Assembly (NCBI GenBank): GCA_013239625.1
Contig: MU053881.1
Location: 3,164,001-3,228,000 of the forward strand
Origin: Lama guanicoe
Lineage: Eukaryota
Reading direction: 5' to 3'
DNA length: 64,000 nt
Notes under the pieces: generated by a model
What the model saw: only the letters and a program-made list of their open reading frames with translations
The model's database searches: none
What the model was told of the DNA's origin: nothing
Made by a program: the position numbers and the translations under genes
Shown here: piece after piece, positions 12,200 through 25,754 of the stretch
Position numbering within the stretch: position 1 is the first letter of the stretch
How the letters are laid out: every line of letters begins with the position of its first letter

Positions 12200-12993
12200 C
12201 AGGTGTGTTTTTCTCACCACCACCAAGCAATTCTCTGACACCAGCTGGGAGTCCTACAATTCAACTCAGTTCTGACTGTATCTTCCTGGAGACAGCATCA
12301 GATCCCACGTCAGTCCTACAAGACTGTCCCACTGCCCCACTCTGATGCCAGTCACAAGTCCAGGTTGTCACTCCTGCTTCTGACAGATTGGCTATAGATC
12401 AGAGGTTCCCATGAACCCCTTTTAGGGTTTGATTAATTTCGTAGAGCAGCTCACAGAAGTCAGAGAAATATTTAACTTATTAGATCACCAGGTAATTACA
12501 AAAGGATGTTAACTCAGAAACAGCCAGATGGAAGAGGTGCACAAGGCAATGTATGGGGAAAGGGGGCGGAGCTTCACCCCATCTCCGAGTTCACCGCTCT
12601 CCATGAGTTCACAACCCAGAGGCTCTACAAACCCCATCCTTTTGGCCTTTTGTGAGGGCCTCATCACACAGGCATGTTTGATTAAATCTTTGGCGGTTGG
12701 TGATTGATTCAACCTCCAGTCGGTCTTCCTTTCCTGAAGGTGGGCGACACCGGAAGTTCCAATCTTTAATCAGGTGGTTGGTTCCCCTGGCAACCAGCCT
12801 CCATCCAAGGGGCTTTCCACCTGTCACCTCACTAACGTAAATTCAGGTGTGTGGCTGAAAGGGTTTCTTATGAATATCAGAACACTTTTATTGCTCTTAA
12901 CGCTTAGGAAATTCCAAGGGTTTTAGAGCTCTGTGCCGGAAGTGGGGAAAAAGACCAAAAAAATATTTTTTTATTATAAATCGCAATATCATA
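12200..12993 (-). mobile_element. MER21-like LTR
   Basis: aagcaattctctgacaccagctggg...ggaaattccaagggttttagagct...gcaatatcata; reverse-complement similarity to the copies at 30051 and 41005. Confidence 0.8.
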
Positions 12994-13529
12994 AAGACCA
13001 GGCAAGGAAGTTCTGAGCCTGTCTCTCCCTGGCCTAGATCCCTGAGCCTCCAGACGGAGCAACTGGATCTCCTTCTGAGCTGCACTTGCCTGCAGTGGGT
13101 CCAGGGAGGCCCCTGGCCCTGCAGAGATCGGAGCCCACCAGGAAGCCATGCCCCTTCCTCCCACTCCAGCCGGAGGTGTGGGACATGAGAGGGGCATGGG
13201 CGGGGCAAATGGAGTGGGGAACTAGCTCACTGGTGCTGCTGGGCCAGGCCTGGCCTGCCTGCAGAGTCCCGGGCCTGGGGGACCTATAACCCTGCAGGCC
13301 TGGTGTAGGGGACAGGGAGAGGGGTAGGCCAGAGGCTGGCTCCCTGCCCCAGAGCCCTCCCCACTGGCTGCTCCTGCCAGCTGGGCACCACTTCTCCAGC
13401 TAGGTGAGCTTACCAAGGCTGGAAGAAATTCATTACCACCACCACCCACTCCCTGCTCCTCCATCCTCACCCCTCCCCTCTCCCCCTCTTGACCACCAGT
13501 CTGAAGTTCAGCATCAAGACCCTCTGATG

Positions 13530-15156
13530 TTTTCCATAGTGGCTGCACCAAACTGCATCCCCACCAGCAGTGTAGGAGGGTTCCCCTTTCTCCGCAGCCT
13601 CTCCAGCATTTGTCATTTGTGGATTTTTGAATGACAGCCATTCTGACTGGTGTGAGGTGATACCTCATTGTAGTTTTGATTTGTATTTCTCTGATAATTA
13701 GTGATATTGAGCATTTTTTCATGTGCTTTTTGATCATTTGTATGTCTTCCTTGGAGAATTGCTTGTTTAGGTCTTCTGCCCATTTTTGGATTGGGTTGTT
13801 TATTTTTTTCTTATTGAGTCGTATGAGCTGCTTATATATTCTGGAGATCAAGCCTTTGTCGGTTTCATTGGCAAAAATTTTCTCCCAGACGTAGGTTGTC
13901 TTCTTGTTTTACTTCTTGTTTCCTTTGCTGTGCAGAAGCTTGTAAATTTCATTGGGTCCCATTTGTTTATTCTTGCTTTTATTTCTTCTAGGAGAAAATT
14001 TTTGAAATGTATGTCAGATAATGTTTTGCCTATGTTTTCCTCTAGGAGGTTTATTGTATCTTGTCTTATGTTTAAGTCTTTAATCCATTTTGAGTTGATT
14101 TTTGTATATGGTGTAAGGGTGTGTTCTAGCTTCATTGTTTTACATGCTGCTGTCCAGTTTTCCCAACACCATTTGCTGAAGAGACTGTCTTTATTCCATT
14201 GTATATTCTTGCCTCCTTTGTCGAAGATGAGTTGACCAAGAGTTTGTGGGTTCATTTCTGGGCTCTCTATTCTGTTCCATTGGTCCATCTGTGTGTTTTT
14301 GTACCAATACCATGCTGTCTTGATGACCGTAGCTCTATAGCATTGTCTGAAGTCTGGGAGAGTTATTCCTCCAGCCTCTTTCTTTCTCTTCAGTAATGCT
14401 TTGGCAATTCTAGGCCTTTTGTGGTTCCATATAAATTTTATTATGATTTGTTCTAGTTCTGTGAAATATGTCCTGGGTAATTTGATAGGGATTGCATTAA
14501 ATCTATAGATTACCGTATGACCCAGGAATCCCACTCCTGGGCTTGTATCCAGAAGGAACCCTACTTCAGGATGACACCTGCACCCCAATGTTCATAGCAG
14601 CACTATTTACAATAACCAAGACATGGAAACAGCCTAAATGTTCATCAACAGATGACTGGATAAAGAAAATGTGGTATATTTATACAATGAAATACTACTC
14701 AGCCATAAAAACTGACAACGCCATTTGCAGCAACATGAATGCTCCTGGAGAATGTCATTCTAAGTGAAGTAAGCCAGAAAAAGAAAGAAAAATACCATAT
14801 GAGATCGCTCATATGTGGAATCTAAAAAACAAAAACAAAAACAAACAAACAAACAAAAACAAAGTGTAAATACAGGAGAGAAATAGACTCATAGACAGAG
14901 AATACAGACTTGTGGTTGCCAGGGGGGCGGAGGGTGGGAAGGGATAGATTGGGATCTCAAAATTGTAGAAAAGATAAACAAGATTATACTGTATAGCACA
15001 GCGAAATATACACAAAATGTTATGGCAGCTCACAGAGAAAAAAATGTGAAAATGAGTTTGTATATGTCCATGTATGGCTGAAAAATTGTGCTGAACACTG
15101 AAATTTGATACAACATTGTAAAATGATTATAAATCAATAAAAAATGTTAAAAAAAA
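13530..15156 (+). mobile_element. Young L1 with 5' inversion (13530-~14508 antisense, ~14509-15156 sense)
   Basis: Perfect 14-bp TSD AAGACCCTCTGATG at 13516-13529 and 15157-15170; minus-strand ORFs give L1 ORF2 peptides ([12 protein letters not shown]...[24 protein letters not shown]); sense 3'UTR and poly-A. Confidence 0.95.
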
Positions 15157-15799
15157 AAGACCCTCTGATGACAGTGTATTACCTACTAACACCATGTATT
15201 AATAAGTGTATTCTCTTATTGTTGGGGCCCCAAGCGAGTTTCCTGACTCCTACAGGGCACAGACATTAGGAAGTGCCCTGGCAGGAAACAGATGGCACAC
15301 TGATTGGGAAAACTGAGGGGTGTAGCAGAGGGGATTTTTACGGGGGGGGGGGAAGCCTTGGAAAGTGGAGCGGCGCCCTCAGCTGGCCACAGCTGGGCAC
15401 CTTTACCTCCAGGGCTGAAGGGACAAGAGAGCTAGCAGGTTCCAGGGGACACAGAGGGTCTGGGGGAGGAGGTGGCAGGTGGATGAACTGTCTAGAAGGC
15501 GCTGCATCCTTGGGAGGAGAGCAGCACCAATACCCTCTGGGCCCCGTGGTGGAGGAGAGAGGAACACAGACCCAACACTATTCTCCCCCTCCACCGCCTT
15601 TCTGGCTGCACTGTGGGTAGGATGAACACAATGAGAAGCCAGAGGGCAAGGGAGCTCTTTGATAACATGGGCCTTTGGGGAGGAGGGAGGGTGTGGATGG
15701 CCAGGGAGATGTCCACCACGGCCGGGAGCCACACATGGGTCTCCAGGAGAATAAGGACAAACACACAGCCCTGCTCTCCTGCCAGCCGCTTTGCCAGGA

Positions 15800-15990
15800 C
15801 TTCATTTGTATGAACGCATTTAATCCCCACGACAACCCTCTGAGGTGGCGCCCCTGTTGTCAGCATTTCTCATAAGAAAGCTGAGGCTCAGAGAGGTTAG
15901 GCACTTGCCCGGGGTCACCCAGCTTTGGAGAGGCAGAGCTGGGGCCTGGATCCAGGCAACCTACCCCAGAGTCTGAGTGAGGTCTCAGAC
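15800..15990 (-). mobile_element. MIR SINE
   Basis: aagctgaggctcagagaggttaggcacttgcccggggtcac. Confidence 0.8.
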
Positions 15991-16337
15991 GCTGCGCTGC
16001 ATTGTCCCCTGACTCCCACGTCAGAGACCCCAGGGCAGCTGCCTTCCCACGTGGCTCTGCGCTGTGAAATGCACCACGGTTGGGGTGGACCCAGACGTGA
16101 AGGCAGGACCCCCAGGAAGACAGGGTCACACTCAAGAACTTTACTCAGTGATGAGCCGATGGCGAAGTTGCAGGCCGGCAGCAAATGAAAAGAGCAATCT
16201 GGCTGTCTGCATCAGCTGCTGGCCTGCATGTGTGTGTTTAAATCAACATTTCAGCTCCGGATCCCTGTAAAGTCATCCCGTATCTCCAGGCCAGACGGGA
16301 GGCCAGTTTCCCTGGGTGTGAGACCCAGCTCCGTCAC

Positions 16338-16740
16338 GTACCAGCTGGGTCTGGGTGACCGTAACAAAATACCCAAGACTGGCTGGCTTAAATAACAGAC
16401 ATTTATTCTGCAGTTTGGGAGCTGGAAGCTGGAGATCAAGGTGTTGGCAGGATCGGTTCCTTCTGAACGCGGCGAAGGAGAATCTGTTCAGGCCACTCTC
16501 CTTGCTTCTGGGCATTCGTTGGCTTGTAGATGGTCTCCTTGTGTCTTCTTCCCTCTGTAAGAGCTTCTCTGTGTCCAAATTTCCCCTTTTTATAAGGACA
16601 CCAGTCACAGTGGATTTGATGCCCTTCTAACAACCTCAATCTTGATCATCTGCAAAGACTCTATTTCCAAATGAGGTCCCATTCACAAGAACTGGGGGTT
16701 CACAACATCTTTTGGGGGGACACAGTTCAACCGATAACAT
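16338..16740 (-). mobile_element. MLT1A/B/C-type MaLR solo LTR
   Basis: gtaacaaaatacccaagactggctggcttaaataacagacatttatt...ggacacagttcaaccgataaca. Confidence 0.85.
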
Positions 16741-17238
16741 TGTGATCCCAGCCACCTTGAGAGCTGAGACATTTATTCAGTCCTTCATTCGCTCCTTTCA
16801 TACCTCTAACTGAGCATCTAATGTGTACCACACCCTGGATGTTGGAGAGGCAAAGACATTGAGGGCTGGTTTCCTGCTGTCAAGAAGCTCACAGCCCAGA
16901 GAGGCAAACTCATAAACAGGTAACAGGGGGGAAGAAATAAGAGGGGTAGGTGGCAGGAGAGAGGGCGGCATGGGGAGGGAAGGGATGCTGAAAATAGCTC
17001 TGGTTGTTCCCAGGACCCTGTTCTAAGCCCCGTATAAACAAACCTTCAGTGAATCTATTTGCATTTCTAGTCCAAATCACTGGTCTCACATTTGCCAGGC
17101 ATTTGGGGCATGGAATGTTGAAGCGGGGGGTGGGGAGCTTCTTTTTTCCTTATTGAACAGGAAGCTTTAAAAAAAAATAAGACTTTCAAGCAAATTTTCC
17201 TGATACATTCAGAAACTGTCTCAAAACCTGAATCTTGT

Positions 17239-17408
17239 CTGGGAGGGTATAGCTCAATGGTAGAGCGCATGCTTAACGTGCATGAGGTCCTGGGTTCAGT
17301 CCCCGGGGCCTCCGTTAAAAAAATTAAAATTAAAATTAAAAAATAAATAAGCCTAATTACCTTCCCCCTCTCAAAGAAAAAAAGAAAAAAAGAAAAAAAA
17401 CCCTACAA
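17239..17408 (+). mobile_element. tRNA-derived SINE (camelid Vic-1-like), full length
   Basis: A box tagctcaatgg, B box ggttcagtcc, A-rich tail; imperfect TSD aaaacctgaatcttgt 17223-17238 / aaaacctggatctggt 17409-17424. Confidence 0.9.
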
Positions 17409-17649
17409 AAAACCTGGATCTGGTGCCAGGGTTTTTCAAAATCTCTGTTCCCACGCTCTAATCCTGACTCATGTCTTGCTGGAATAAGCATGAACTCCCC
17501 TGATTCTGTTCCAACCCACCTCCAAAGAGTGGGGGTTCTTCCCTTCCAACCTTCAGCCTAAATTCTCCAGCACAAAAGAATGCTTCTCGCCTGAGGGTCC
17601 ATGGGGTTTTTGCTGGGTTCCTAAGAAAGACACTAGGGCAAAAAATGTC

Positions 17650-17950
17650 ATATTTTGAATATTTACTATATGCCCAACATTGAGCTAAGCATTTATACCG
17701 ATATAAATCCATTTCACACTCAGAGGTAATCATCACTGATTTACGAGTGAGGAATTTGGGGCTTGGAAAAGAGAAGGCCCTGTCCTATAGTTACATACAA
17801 GGCAACCATATACAGCTGCTCAGGCTGTGCCCTGCACAACTCCAGGTGATGTTGTTCATAAACTCTGTTTATTGGCTGGTAAGAGCCAGTGCCAAGATTT
17901 GAACCAAGCTCTTACTAGCTCCCAGCCCATGCTCTCAATCACTAGGCCAC
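17650..17950 (-). mobile_element. MIR interrupted by a short MER91-like hAT fragment (~17798-17870)
   Basis: MIR tail and head flank ggctgtgccctgcacaactccagg. Confidence 0.5.
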
Positions 17951-19898
17951 GTGCCTTTTTAGAAAGGAAATGCTCTTAGGAACCTCAGAGACGACCTTGC
18001 CCAGAGGTTGGAAATAGGGGAGTCAAGACTTGTGCCCAGCCTGTTTTATTTGTCTGGCACATCAGAGTTGATATTTACGAATTAGAAGATTTCACCCCCC
18101 AAAATCCAGATGTTTGTCTGCTCCTAAAAAGTCAGACACCGGGCTAATTCTCACGAGGCAGCATTCCGTGGGAACTGAGCAGTGTCTCTCTTTCCAGAGG
18201 ATATGAGTTCTCTACTTCACCACACACCTCCTTTGGGCTCAGACACCTGCCCACCTCACTCATGTACATCATTGCCCCAGGCCCTACAGGCACTGGACCA
18301 TGTGACTTTTGCTGCAAATATCTGACATACATACATAAGTCCTTGCCTGCTAGGTGCTCACTAAACAAAGCATGCCTCCCTGCTGTCACTCAGGCAGCTT
18401 CCTCTCCCTGGTGTCCTTCTCCTTCGAGAAACTCCTAGTCACTCCTGGAGGTTTGGCTGTCACTCTTTGACGGTGCCTCCTTCCATCAGCGCCTCTGATT
18501 GCCCCTCAAGCATTACAGTGAGCTGCTTACTTGTCCCCTTTCCGGATGATGGGCTTCCTGAGGACTCGGAACGTGTCTTTGATCTCTGCATCCCCAGTGC
18601 CCAGCGGGATGTCTGGCCCAGAGTCTACACGACACTAATCAGCAATGTATTCCCCTCTGTCTCTCTCCCCGTCTTCTCCCCACAGGCAGAAAAACTGAGG
18701 ATCAGAAAGGACGTGTGACTGGTCCCAGAGCACACAACGCAGATCATCCGCAGGGCAGAGAGAGCCCTTGGCGACCACACATTCCTGCTCCCTTGTTAAC
18801 CAGAACGGCAGGTGGAGGGGAGCAGGCGCTGGCTCAAGGCCTCCCAGTTGGTGTTCTAGCTCCTAGTCTAGGGCCCCCATCCCTTTTTCTACATTTGAAT
18901 TCCAGCTCGTGTCTTGCGCCTAGCAGAAGTGTGAGCTCCCCTGTCTGATTCTACCCATCCCCGCTCCAGAGAGCAGGATTTTCTCTTCCAAACTCAGAAC
19001 AGAGAACTCTTCTTCCCCAGAGGGTCCTCCGATCCAACTCCACATGGAGGGGGCAGCACCTGCTAAGCAGTTGGTGACAATCCTCTGAAGTTCTATTTCC
19101 TAGAAGAGTCAGGGAGTGTCTCTGGATTTCCAGGACATCTAATGACATAGCTGGCCAAGCATGGATGGTAGGGGACTATGGGCATTTTGCAGTTCTCTGA
19201 GCTAAAACACAGGATGCCATCTGTCTTAATTTATTTCCCAGTTGCTGACAGGAATGTGGAGGAGAAACTCAGTTCCAGGGCTGGTGTTGCCTCTGGCCCA
19301 AACGCATTGCTGCCCTTATTAGTGAAGCACTGGTTCTGGTCCCAGGACCTCAAGCACTGCTGGGCTCCCCTGTGTGAGGGCTATTCATAGACCCCGAGAG
19401 GTCCTGGCTCACAGGCAGCCGGCCAAGTCCTGCAGTGCTCAAACCCTCCCTGCCCGGGCCCCCACTTCCTCCCAGGGCCAGCGCCTTCCACGTCCCCAGC
19501 GATCAGGAGGCGCTCCAGACTGCAGCTGGCACTGCCCCTCTCATCCATTTTCCTCTGGTGATGAGCAGTCTTCTGGTCTCCATCTGATTCTGTTTATTGT
19601 CCACTGGTCTCTTATCGGACTTGTGGTTGGGGGTGGGGTGGGGACCCTGCCCTCCCAGAGCTGATGGACCTGTGGGGAAAAACAGAAAATCAGCAGGGAG
19701 TTACCCATAAAGCAAATAAATAAACACCCATTAATATAATAAAGCAAGACAATTACCGCGTGTGATGAGATACTGTAAGGGAATGGGTGATGGGGACTAT
19801 CGAGAAAATGGAACGAATATGGATGCCCTGCGAAGAAGCAGTCATTAAAGAGGGTGTTGGTGGCCCCTGTGACTGGATGGAAAGATGCTGAAAATATG

Positions 19899-20398
19899 CT
19901 GTTGTCAAGGGCCCTCCTCCAAAGACCACCAGGAGCACACCCGTAATCCAAAGTCAGGTTTATGTTTCTTGCTGCAGCAAAAGAGAATGTGCTGAGAGGG
20001 GCTACCAGGCGGGGCTGGGTTGAGAGAGTTTCCTAGAGATTTTAGACTTGACTTGGATGATTCTAAGGAGGGATTCAGGAAGCAGGTTCTGGATGGGCTG
20101 CTGTCAGGGAGCAGGGGCAGTTTGGTCACGGGATATCTTAAAGCACTTTGTCTTGGAGGAAGTTAAAAAAAAAAAGCAGGAATCGTTCACATTAGTCAAA
20201 GGAGAGGGTGTTCAGTTATTTTTGTGGCCTCTGAGTGGCTTTTTCTCTGCCATCTTTGAGACACGGATGCAGCCTGGCCCAGTCTGAGCCCCCACACGGC
20301 TGGGAGTCAGTTTGTATTCTGTGAGCACCACGTATCATTTATGTTCAGCTGGGAACATCACGGTCTGGCTGACAGCAGAGCCATTTTTTACTTTTTCA
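19899..20398 (-). mobile_element. Old ERV-class solo LTR (family uncertain)
   Basis: TG...CA-bounded ~500 bp with LTR-like text (aaagaccaccagga...aaagtcaggtttat). Confidence 0.5.
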
Positions 20399-21459
20399 CT
20401 GATAACAGAAAAAAAAAACCCTGATATCTAAATTTGGAAAAGTACACACACAAATATATACATAAATATGATGTATTTGTATGACAGAAATAAAAAAAAT
20501 GATTTATTAATAGTGCTTTTTTTTTAGTTGACAGGTCTTGTGGTATTTTTAAGGTCTGGAAACTTCACATAAAAATAAGAAAATTCTGGCTTCTACTGAA
20601 AAAAAAATGGGAAGATTTGGCAACAATGAGCTTAAATGAATTTCTTTTCTAAAGCAAATTATACCAGAGTCTTTTGGAAAGAAAGGTATTGGAATCCCCA
20701 AGCCCTGCTCTCTGATATTTCAAATTAAGAAATGTATTTGGGATGGTCTTGATCTGAATGTGCCAGCCATCCCCCAGAGAAGAAGTTCTCTGTAAGGAAA
20801 GGTAGTCTGGGAGGAGCTGAGTTCATATGGCTGAAAACTCCTCTGTACTCAACTACCCTTGGCTTGAGATGGTGTTCGGAAAGAAGAGCTGAGTATAGGG
20901 TGTTCCTCAAGGGAGCTGAAATTTGGTGCCCAGCACGGGACACACCTGCAGCATCACCAGGGAGGGTCAGACCAGCCTGGGTGTCCGCAGGGCTGTGTGA
21001 GACCAGTGTTCCACAGCGACACCTTGTGGCAATAACAGAAGCAGCAGCAGTGGTGGAGGATTAAATAAATCATCCCACTTCTTTCTATGACATTTAGAAG
21101 CAGAACTCCACCCCATCTTTGGACTAAGAAAGACTTTAGAGTTCTTGGACAACTCAAGGAGTGAGGGAAGACCTCTAAGTTCAAGCTGGTGTTCATGTGC
21201 ATAGTGGAAGAACAAAAGGGAGAGGCTTTAAGCTGGTTAAGTAAGGATTACCAGGCACAACAGTAGAAAAGGACGCATCAGGAGGCCAGGCAGCCTCCAG
21301 GAAGCAGACCCCATGAGACTAAGTGCGCAGCTGGGGCCTCAGGACTCACAGGCTTCCCTCCAGCCCCAGCAAGTGGATAACCCACTGAAGTTCTGTGACC
21401 AGTGCCCGGTTAGCTTTTCCCTGGTGTGGTTAGTTTTGGTCTTTTTCCTGAATGAGAAG

Positions 21460-21910
21460 TCTTTATACGACTGGTCCTCACCTCCCTCTCTGACTTCATC
21501 TCATAGCACTTGGCCTTTTCCTCACTCTGCTCCAGCCACACTGGCTGTGCCATGAACACGTTATGCTCATTCCTACCTCAGGGCCTTTGCACTTGCTGCT
21601 TTCTCAGCTTGAGCTCTTCATGGGGCTGGATACTTCTCATCATTCAGGCTTTCCCTGACCTCTCTATTTAAATGAGAAATCCCTCTCTCCACCCATCACT
21701 CTCTGCCCCATTACCCTATTTTATTTTCTTATAGTAAATATTATTCTCTGAAATGGTCCTATTTACTCATTAATTTGCTCATTTATTGTTTATCCTTTTT
21801 TTTTTTTTTGCTGGAATCCAAGCTCCGTGTTTGTCTGGCTTGCCCATCACCAAACTGTCAGTGCCTGGCATGTAGTAGCAACTCCATAACTATGTGTTGA
21901 ATAAACAGCA
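21460..21910 (+). mobile_element. L2 3' fragment
   Basis: ctctgctccagccacactggc...cctacctcagggcctttgcacttgctg...gtgcctggcatgtagtag...tgttgaataaa. Confidence 0.85.
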
Positions 21911-23699
21911 ATTACTTTAGACCTTTCACTGAAGGCCGGTTCACAGCCTCCCCTGACCCTGATTGACCTGGGGCGGGAGGCATGGCGGCTGTGTCTGTCC
22001 TGGATGGAGCCCTGAACGTGGAGATCACTCCAGCTCAGCCATTTTTTTTTAAAATCAGAATGCTTTGAGCATTTTCTCTTCTCTAAAAGGTGTGTAATGA
22101 GTTAACCATACAGACTATGAGCTCATTTTTAGGGGGAATGTAAGTCAATTCTGGGTGTGTTTGTGAAATCTGGAGGGTGAGTTAGCAGTTTTCAGAAGCA
22201 GACAGACAGAAAGCCAAAAAAGTACATTTTCAAAAAAAACGCTCCAAGGGCAAAGAACTTGTCTCGGCCCCACCTTCCAGGAAGCCTGAAACTGGCTTCA
22301 TGCCAGTGGACCCCTTGGGAAGTGACAGGAGGGTCCAGCATGGGAGGTCCCCCTGGAACACAAGTGGGGAAGAGGTCAGGGGAGAGCAGAGGCAAGGAAG
22401 TGCGCAGGCTGGGAGCCGATGGCAGGAGTTCCCAGGGGCAGGACATCTCGAAGAGGCAGGGGAGGGGAACGCACAGCAGACGTAGTCTCTTGGTCTCCCA
22501 AGCTGCTGTTCCTCTTTGTTCTGGGGGCCCTGGCTTACCTCCCCTGGGCAGCATCAGCGGCTCCCTCTCCAGTGCTCCCGCTGAACGTGGCCCACACATC
22601 AGTGACAGCGATTGTCCGGTCGGTTGGAATTGCTGACTTTGTTGCCTCTTTGTTGGCAGGGGTCATATTAGCTTCACCTGGGGTAGCCAGTTCTTAGCAC
22701 GTAGCACGGCCCCTCTGGAGCGGTTTGCTGAGTGATAAAAGAAGAATCCAGGTTGCCTGATGGAGTTCCCAGGCCTGCGTGTATCCTATGGGTGGACACA
22801 TAATGATCTCTCTGCCCTGAAATCTCCCTCTGTCACCTTAGAAGAGAAGGACTTCCCATGGGGTGAGGTTTTGCCTCTTTTGAAAAACTTACTGCCTTTC
22901 TTTTGGATAATAAGGGTCAACAGAAACATGACAAGGAAGATGATCTACTGAGCTCTCAGCTTCACACATGCACGTGGGGAGAAAGTTGCTCCAGCCCCCT
23001 CGCTGGGAGCCTAGCAGATCCAAGATTCCTGCAGGAGAGGTGGGGTGGGGTTCGGGCGGCTGCTGGGAGGCAGCTGTGCACATGTCCTGCAGAAGGGCAC
23101 GGCTGGAGGCCTCTAATCTCCAGCTAATGACTGACGCAGCTGCCCGGGCCCCAGACGAACAGGCCTCCCTTTGACCTTCCCTGCTGGTTTTATCGGGAGC
23201 AGGAGGGCACCACCCACACCTGGCATTTCCTCTGGGATACGTGCAAAGTGCAGTCTTAGAGCCCAGTATAGCCAGAAGACTCCCCCAGTCCAGTTCCTGT
23301 CTGTCCTGCCCTGGATGGACAAGGGGACCATTATCTCCCAGCAATGCCCCACAGCCAGTGTCTGCGACGGCAGCGCATCCGCCCGGCTCGCCCCGGCCTC
23401 CAGGCCCCCAGGCTCCGCTGCAGCCTTTCCTCTCATCCCTGGAGAGTCTCCCCAAGCTCAGATCAAATCTATTCTATCTCCTTTTAGAGCCGCCCGAGGT
23501 CTTTCAGCCTTTTGCTAGGATCTTCCTCCTGGACTCGCCAATTTCCGCTCTTCCCGGAACCTGCCAAGTGGGAACTTCTGGCAACATCGTGGGCTGAGTT
23601 CCCTGTCACCGTGGATATTCCAGTCAAAGCAGGTGGCAGACTCTCTTTTTGACTCTGGGACCCGTAGTTGTAGGATGCCCCTTATTTCTGATAAGCCTG

Positions 23700-23900
23700 G
23701 CGGAAGGAAGCGTGCAGGCCTTGGAGTTGGCCCACCTCTGCTTGGAAGCCGTGGGGTGGTGGGCAAGGTGCTCATCGCTCTCCCTGGGCCTCCATCTTCT
23801 CGTCTGTTCAGTGGAGATGTTGTCACTCACCTCACAGGATTACTGTGAGGATGAAACAGTGATGATTTATAAAACCCCTCGCGTAGTACTCGGCATTCAC
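23700..23900 (+). mobile_element. MIR SINE
   Basis: gggcaaggtgctcatc...cacctcacaggattactgtgaggatgaaa. Confidence 0.65.
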
Positions 23901-24687
23901 GCGGCCTTTGTTTGCTCTGCCATTTGGGCCACAGGTAGATCTGCTGCCTTGTGCAGAAGCCCTGGCCACTGGCCTGAACTCAAACACTTGAGGGTAGGCA
24001 GGAAGCCCATTTCCCACTGGGAGGGCAACTCTAGTGCCCACTCCTTTCTCTCCCTTATTTCTATATTCCTTAGGTGTGGATTTGTTGTTCCCCAAACATG
24101 AACAGCAAGTGCAAAGGTCCTGGGGCAAGAATGAGCTTGAGGTGTTTCAGGTACAGAAAGAAGATCATGTGGTGGGGAAGCAGTGGGGGAGGGAGAGAAC
24201 AGGAGGGTAAGTGGGCTGTCACCACCACAGAGCCCCGGCTTCCACCTCCCCCAATTCAGAAGAGACAGCTTGGCTCTGAATTCCTTCTGCATGTGAGTTG
24301 CACTCTCTCACGAGCACTGCATACTTTCTGTCTGATCTGGAAGTTATTTCTGGTCTCCCCTGACTCTGAGAGCCCGCAAAGGGCACAAACAGGGTGATGT
24401 TTTCATCTTGGGGTCTCAGGGCTCAGAGAAAGTTTGGCACAAAAAAGTTCTCAGGATTGGCTGAACGATTGAACCAGTTGCTACAGCCGGGCAGAGCACG
24501 TTCATGATGTAGGAATCTGTATCGAGAACTAACGTTTCCAGCTCGAATGTGAACCTTGTACCACCCAAGCAATCAGAGCATCACGATATGTGTGGCCTGA
24601 GAGAAATCTCCTCACGTCACTATCGTTTCTCCGAGTTTGGCTATCAAATTCTCCATGTCAGAAACTTCTGGCAATGCAATAGAACCC

Positions 24688-25750
24688 TGTGGGGGATTGC
24701 CTGTCCCACAGTCATTGCCCCTCTTCCTTGCTAATGAAACCCCAGCTTTATGCAGCTGGAAAACTGTCTAACCCCAGAAGACGAAGCATGATTGTTCTAA
24801 GCTGATCATGTGATTTGGCAACGTACTGCTGTGTAACAAGTTACCCCAAACCTCTGCAGCTTGAAACAGCAACGATCATCGTATGTCACACAATTTCTGG
24901 GGGTCAGGAATTCGGGAGAGCCTTGGCTGGGTTGTTCTCCCAGTTGCAGTCCTGATGTGACTGGAGCTAGAACATCAGGGGGTTGGAGCACTTGGGGCTG
25001 GCCAGGCACCTCTCTCTCTCTTCACTTAGACCTTCTCCAAGTGGAATTGTTACGTGGGCTAGTTGGGCCTCCTCACAATATGGCGGCCTCAGGCTGGTAG
25101 GACTGATGTGACAGCTAAGGGTTCCAGCACATGTGCTCCAGTGAACTGGGTAGAAGCAGAATCTCCTTTTCTTTTATAACCTAGCCTTGGAAGTCACATA
25201 GTGTCATTTATGCCAAGTTCTCTTTGTCAACAAGTTCCTAAGGTGGGCCTAAATTCAAGGACAGCCCACCTCTTGATGAGAAGAGTGACAAGAATAGCCA
25301 GATATCCTTGAAAACTACCACGTCATGTCACCCCTACTCTCTTTTGCCACTGATTGGTTTAGGATTGGTTACGTGACTTATTTCTGGCCAATGAGACATA
25401 AAAGAAAATCTACTGGAAGTTTATGGGGAAACTTTTTCATGAATGATAAGAGAGGATACTCCCTTTATGATAGTTTTTTTTTCTTTCTTGGGATGTAGCT
25501 GCGATGCTTGGAGCTGTGGCAGCCATATTGCAAGCATGAAGCAAAATACTGCTGATAGAATGATAGGAATAGATTAGGATATTAGGAGGCATGTGGGTCC
25601 TTGATGACTTGGTTGAGCTACTGCCTCTACCTTGGAATCATTTATGACCAGACACCTTGACATGTAAAAGTAATTAACTTCTGCTCTATAGGAGCCATGA
25701 ACATTTGCCTGTACCTTCTGTTACTGGCCACTGACCACATCCTAACTACT
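24688..25750 (+). mobile_element. Old MaLR/ERVL LTR split by a nested LTR
   Basis: LTR text at 24688-24810 resumes at 25323 (tgattggtttagg...gtgacttatttctggccaatgagac). Confidence 0.6.
24811..25322 (-). mobile_element. MLT1-type LTR nested in an older LTR
   Basis: gctgtgtaacaagttaccccaaa...ccttggaagtcacatagtgtca; 5-bp TSD TCATG at 24806-24810 and 25323-25327. Confidence 0.75.
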
Positions 25751-25754
25751 ACTG

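Noticed and set aside
13222..14588. 209- and 246-aa ORFs as a cellular gene
   Set aside because: L1 ORF2 fragments of a truncated, inverted insertion running into flanking sequence
17241..17312. tRNA-like sequence with A and B boxes
   Set aside because: Has an A-rich tail, TSDs and multiple diverged copies in the window, so it is a SINE head and not a tRNA gene
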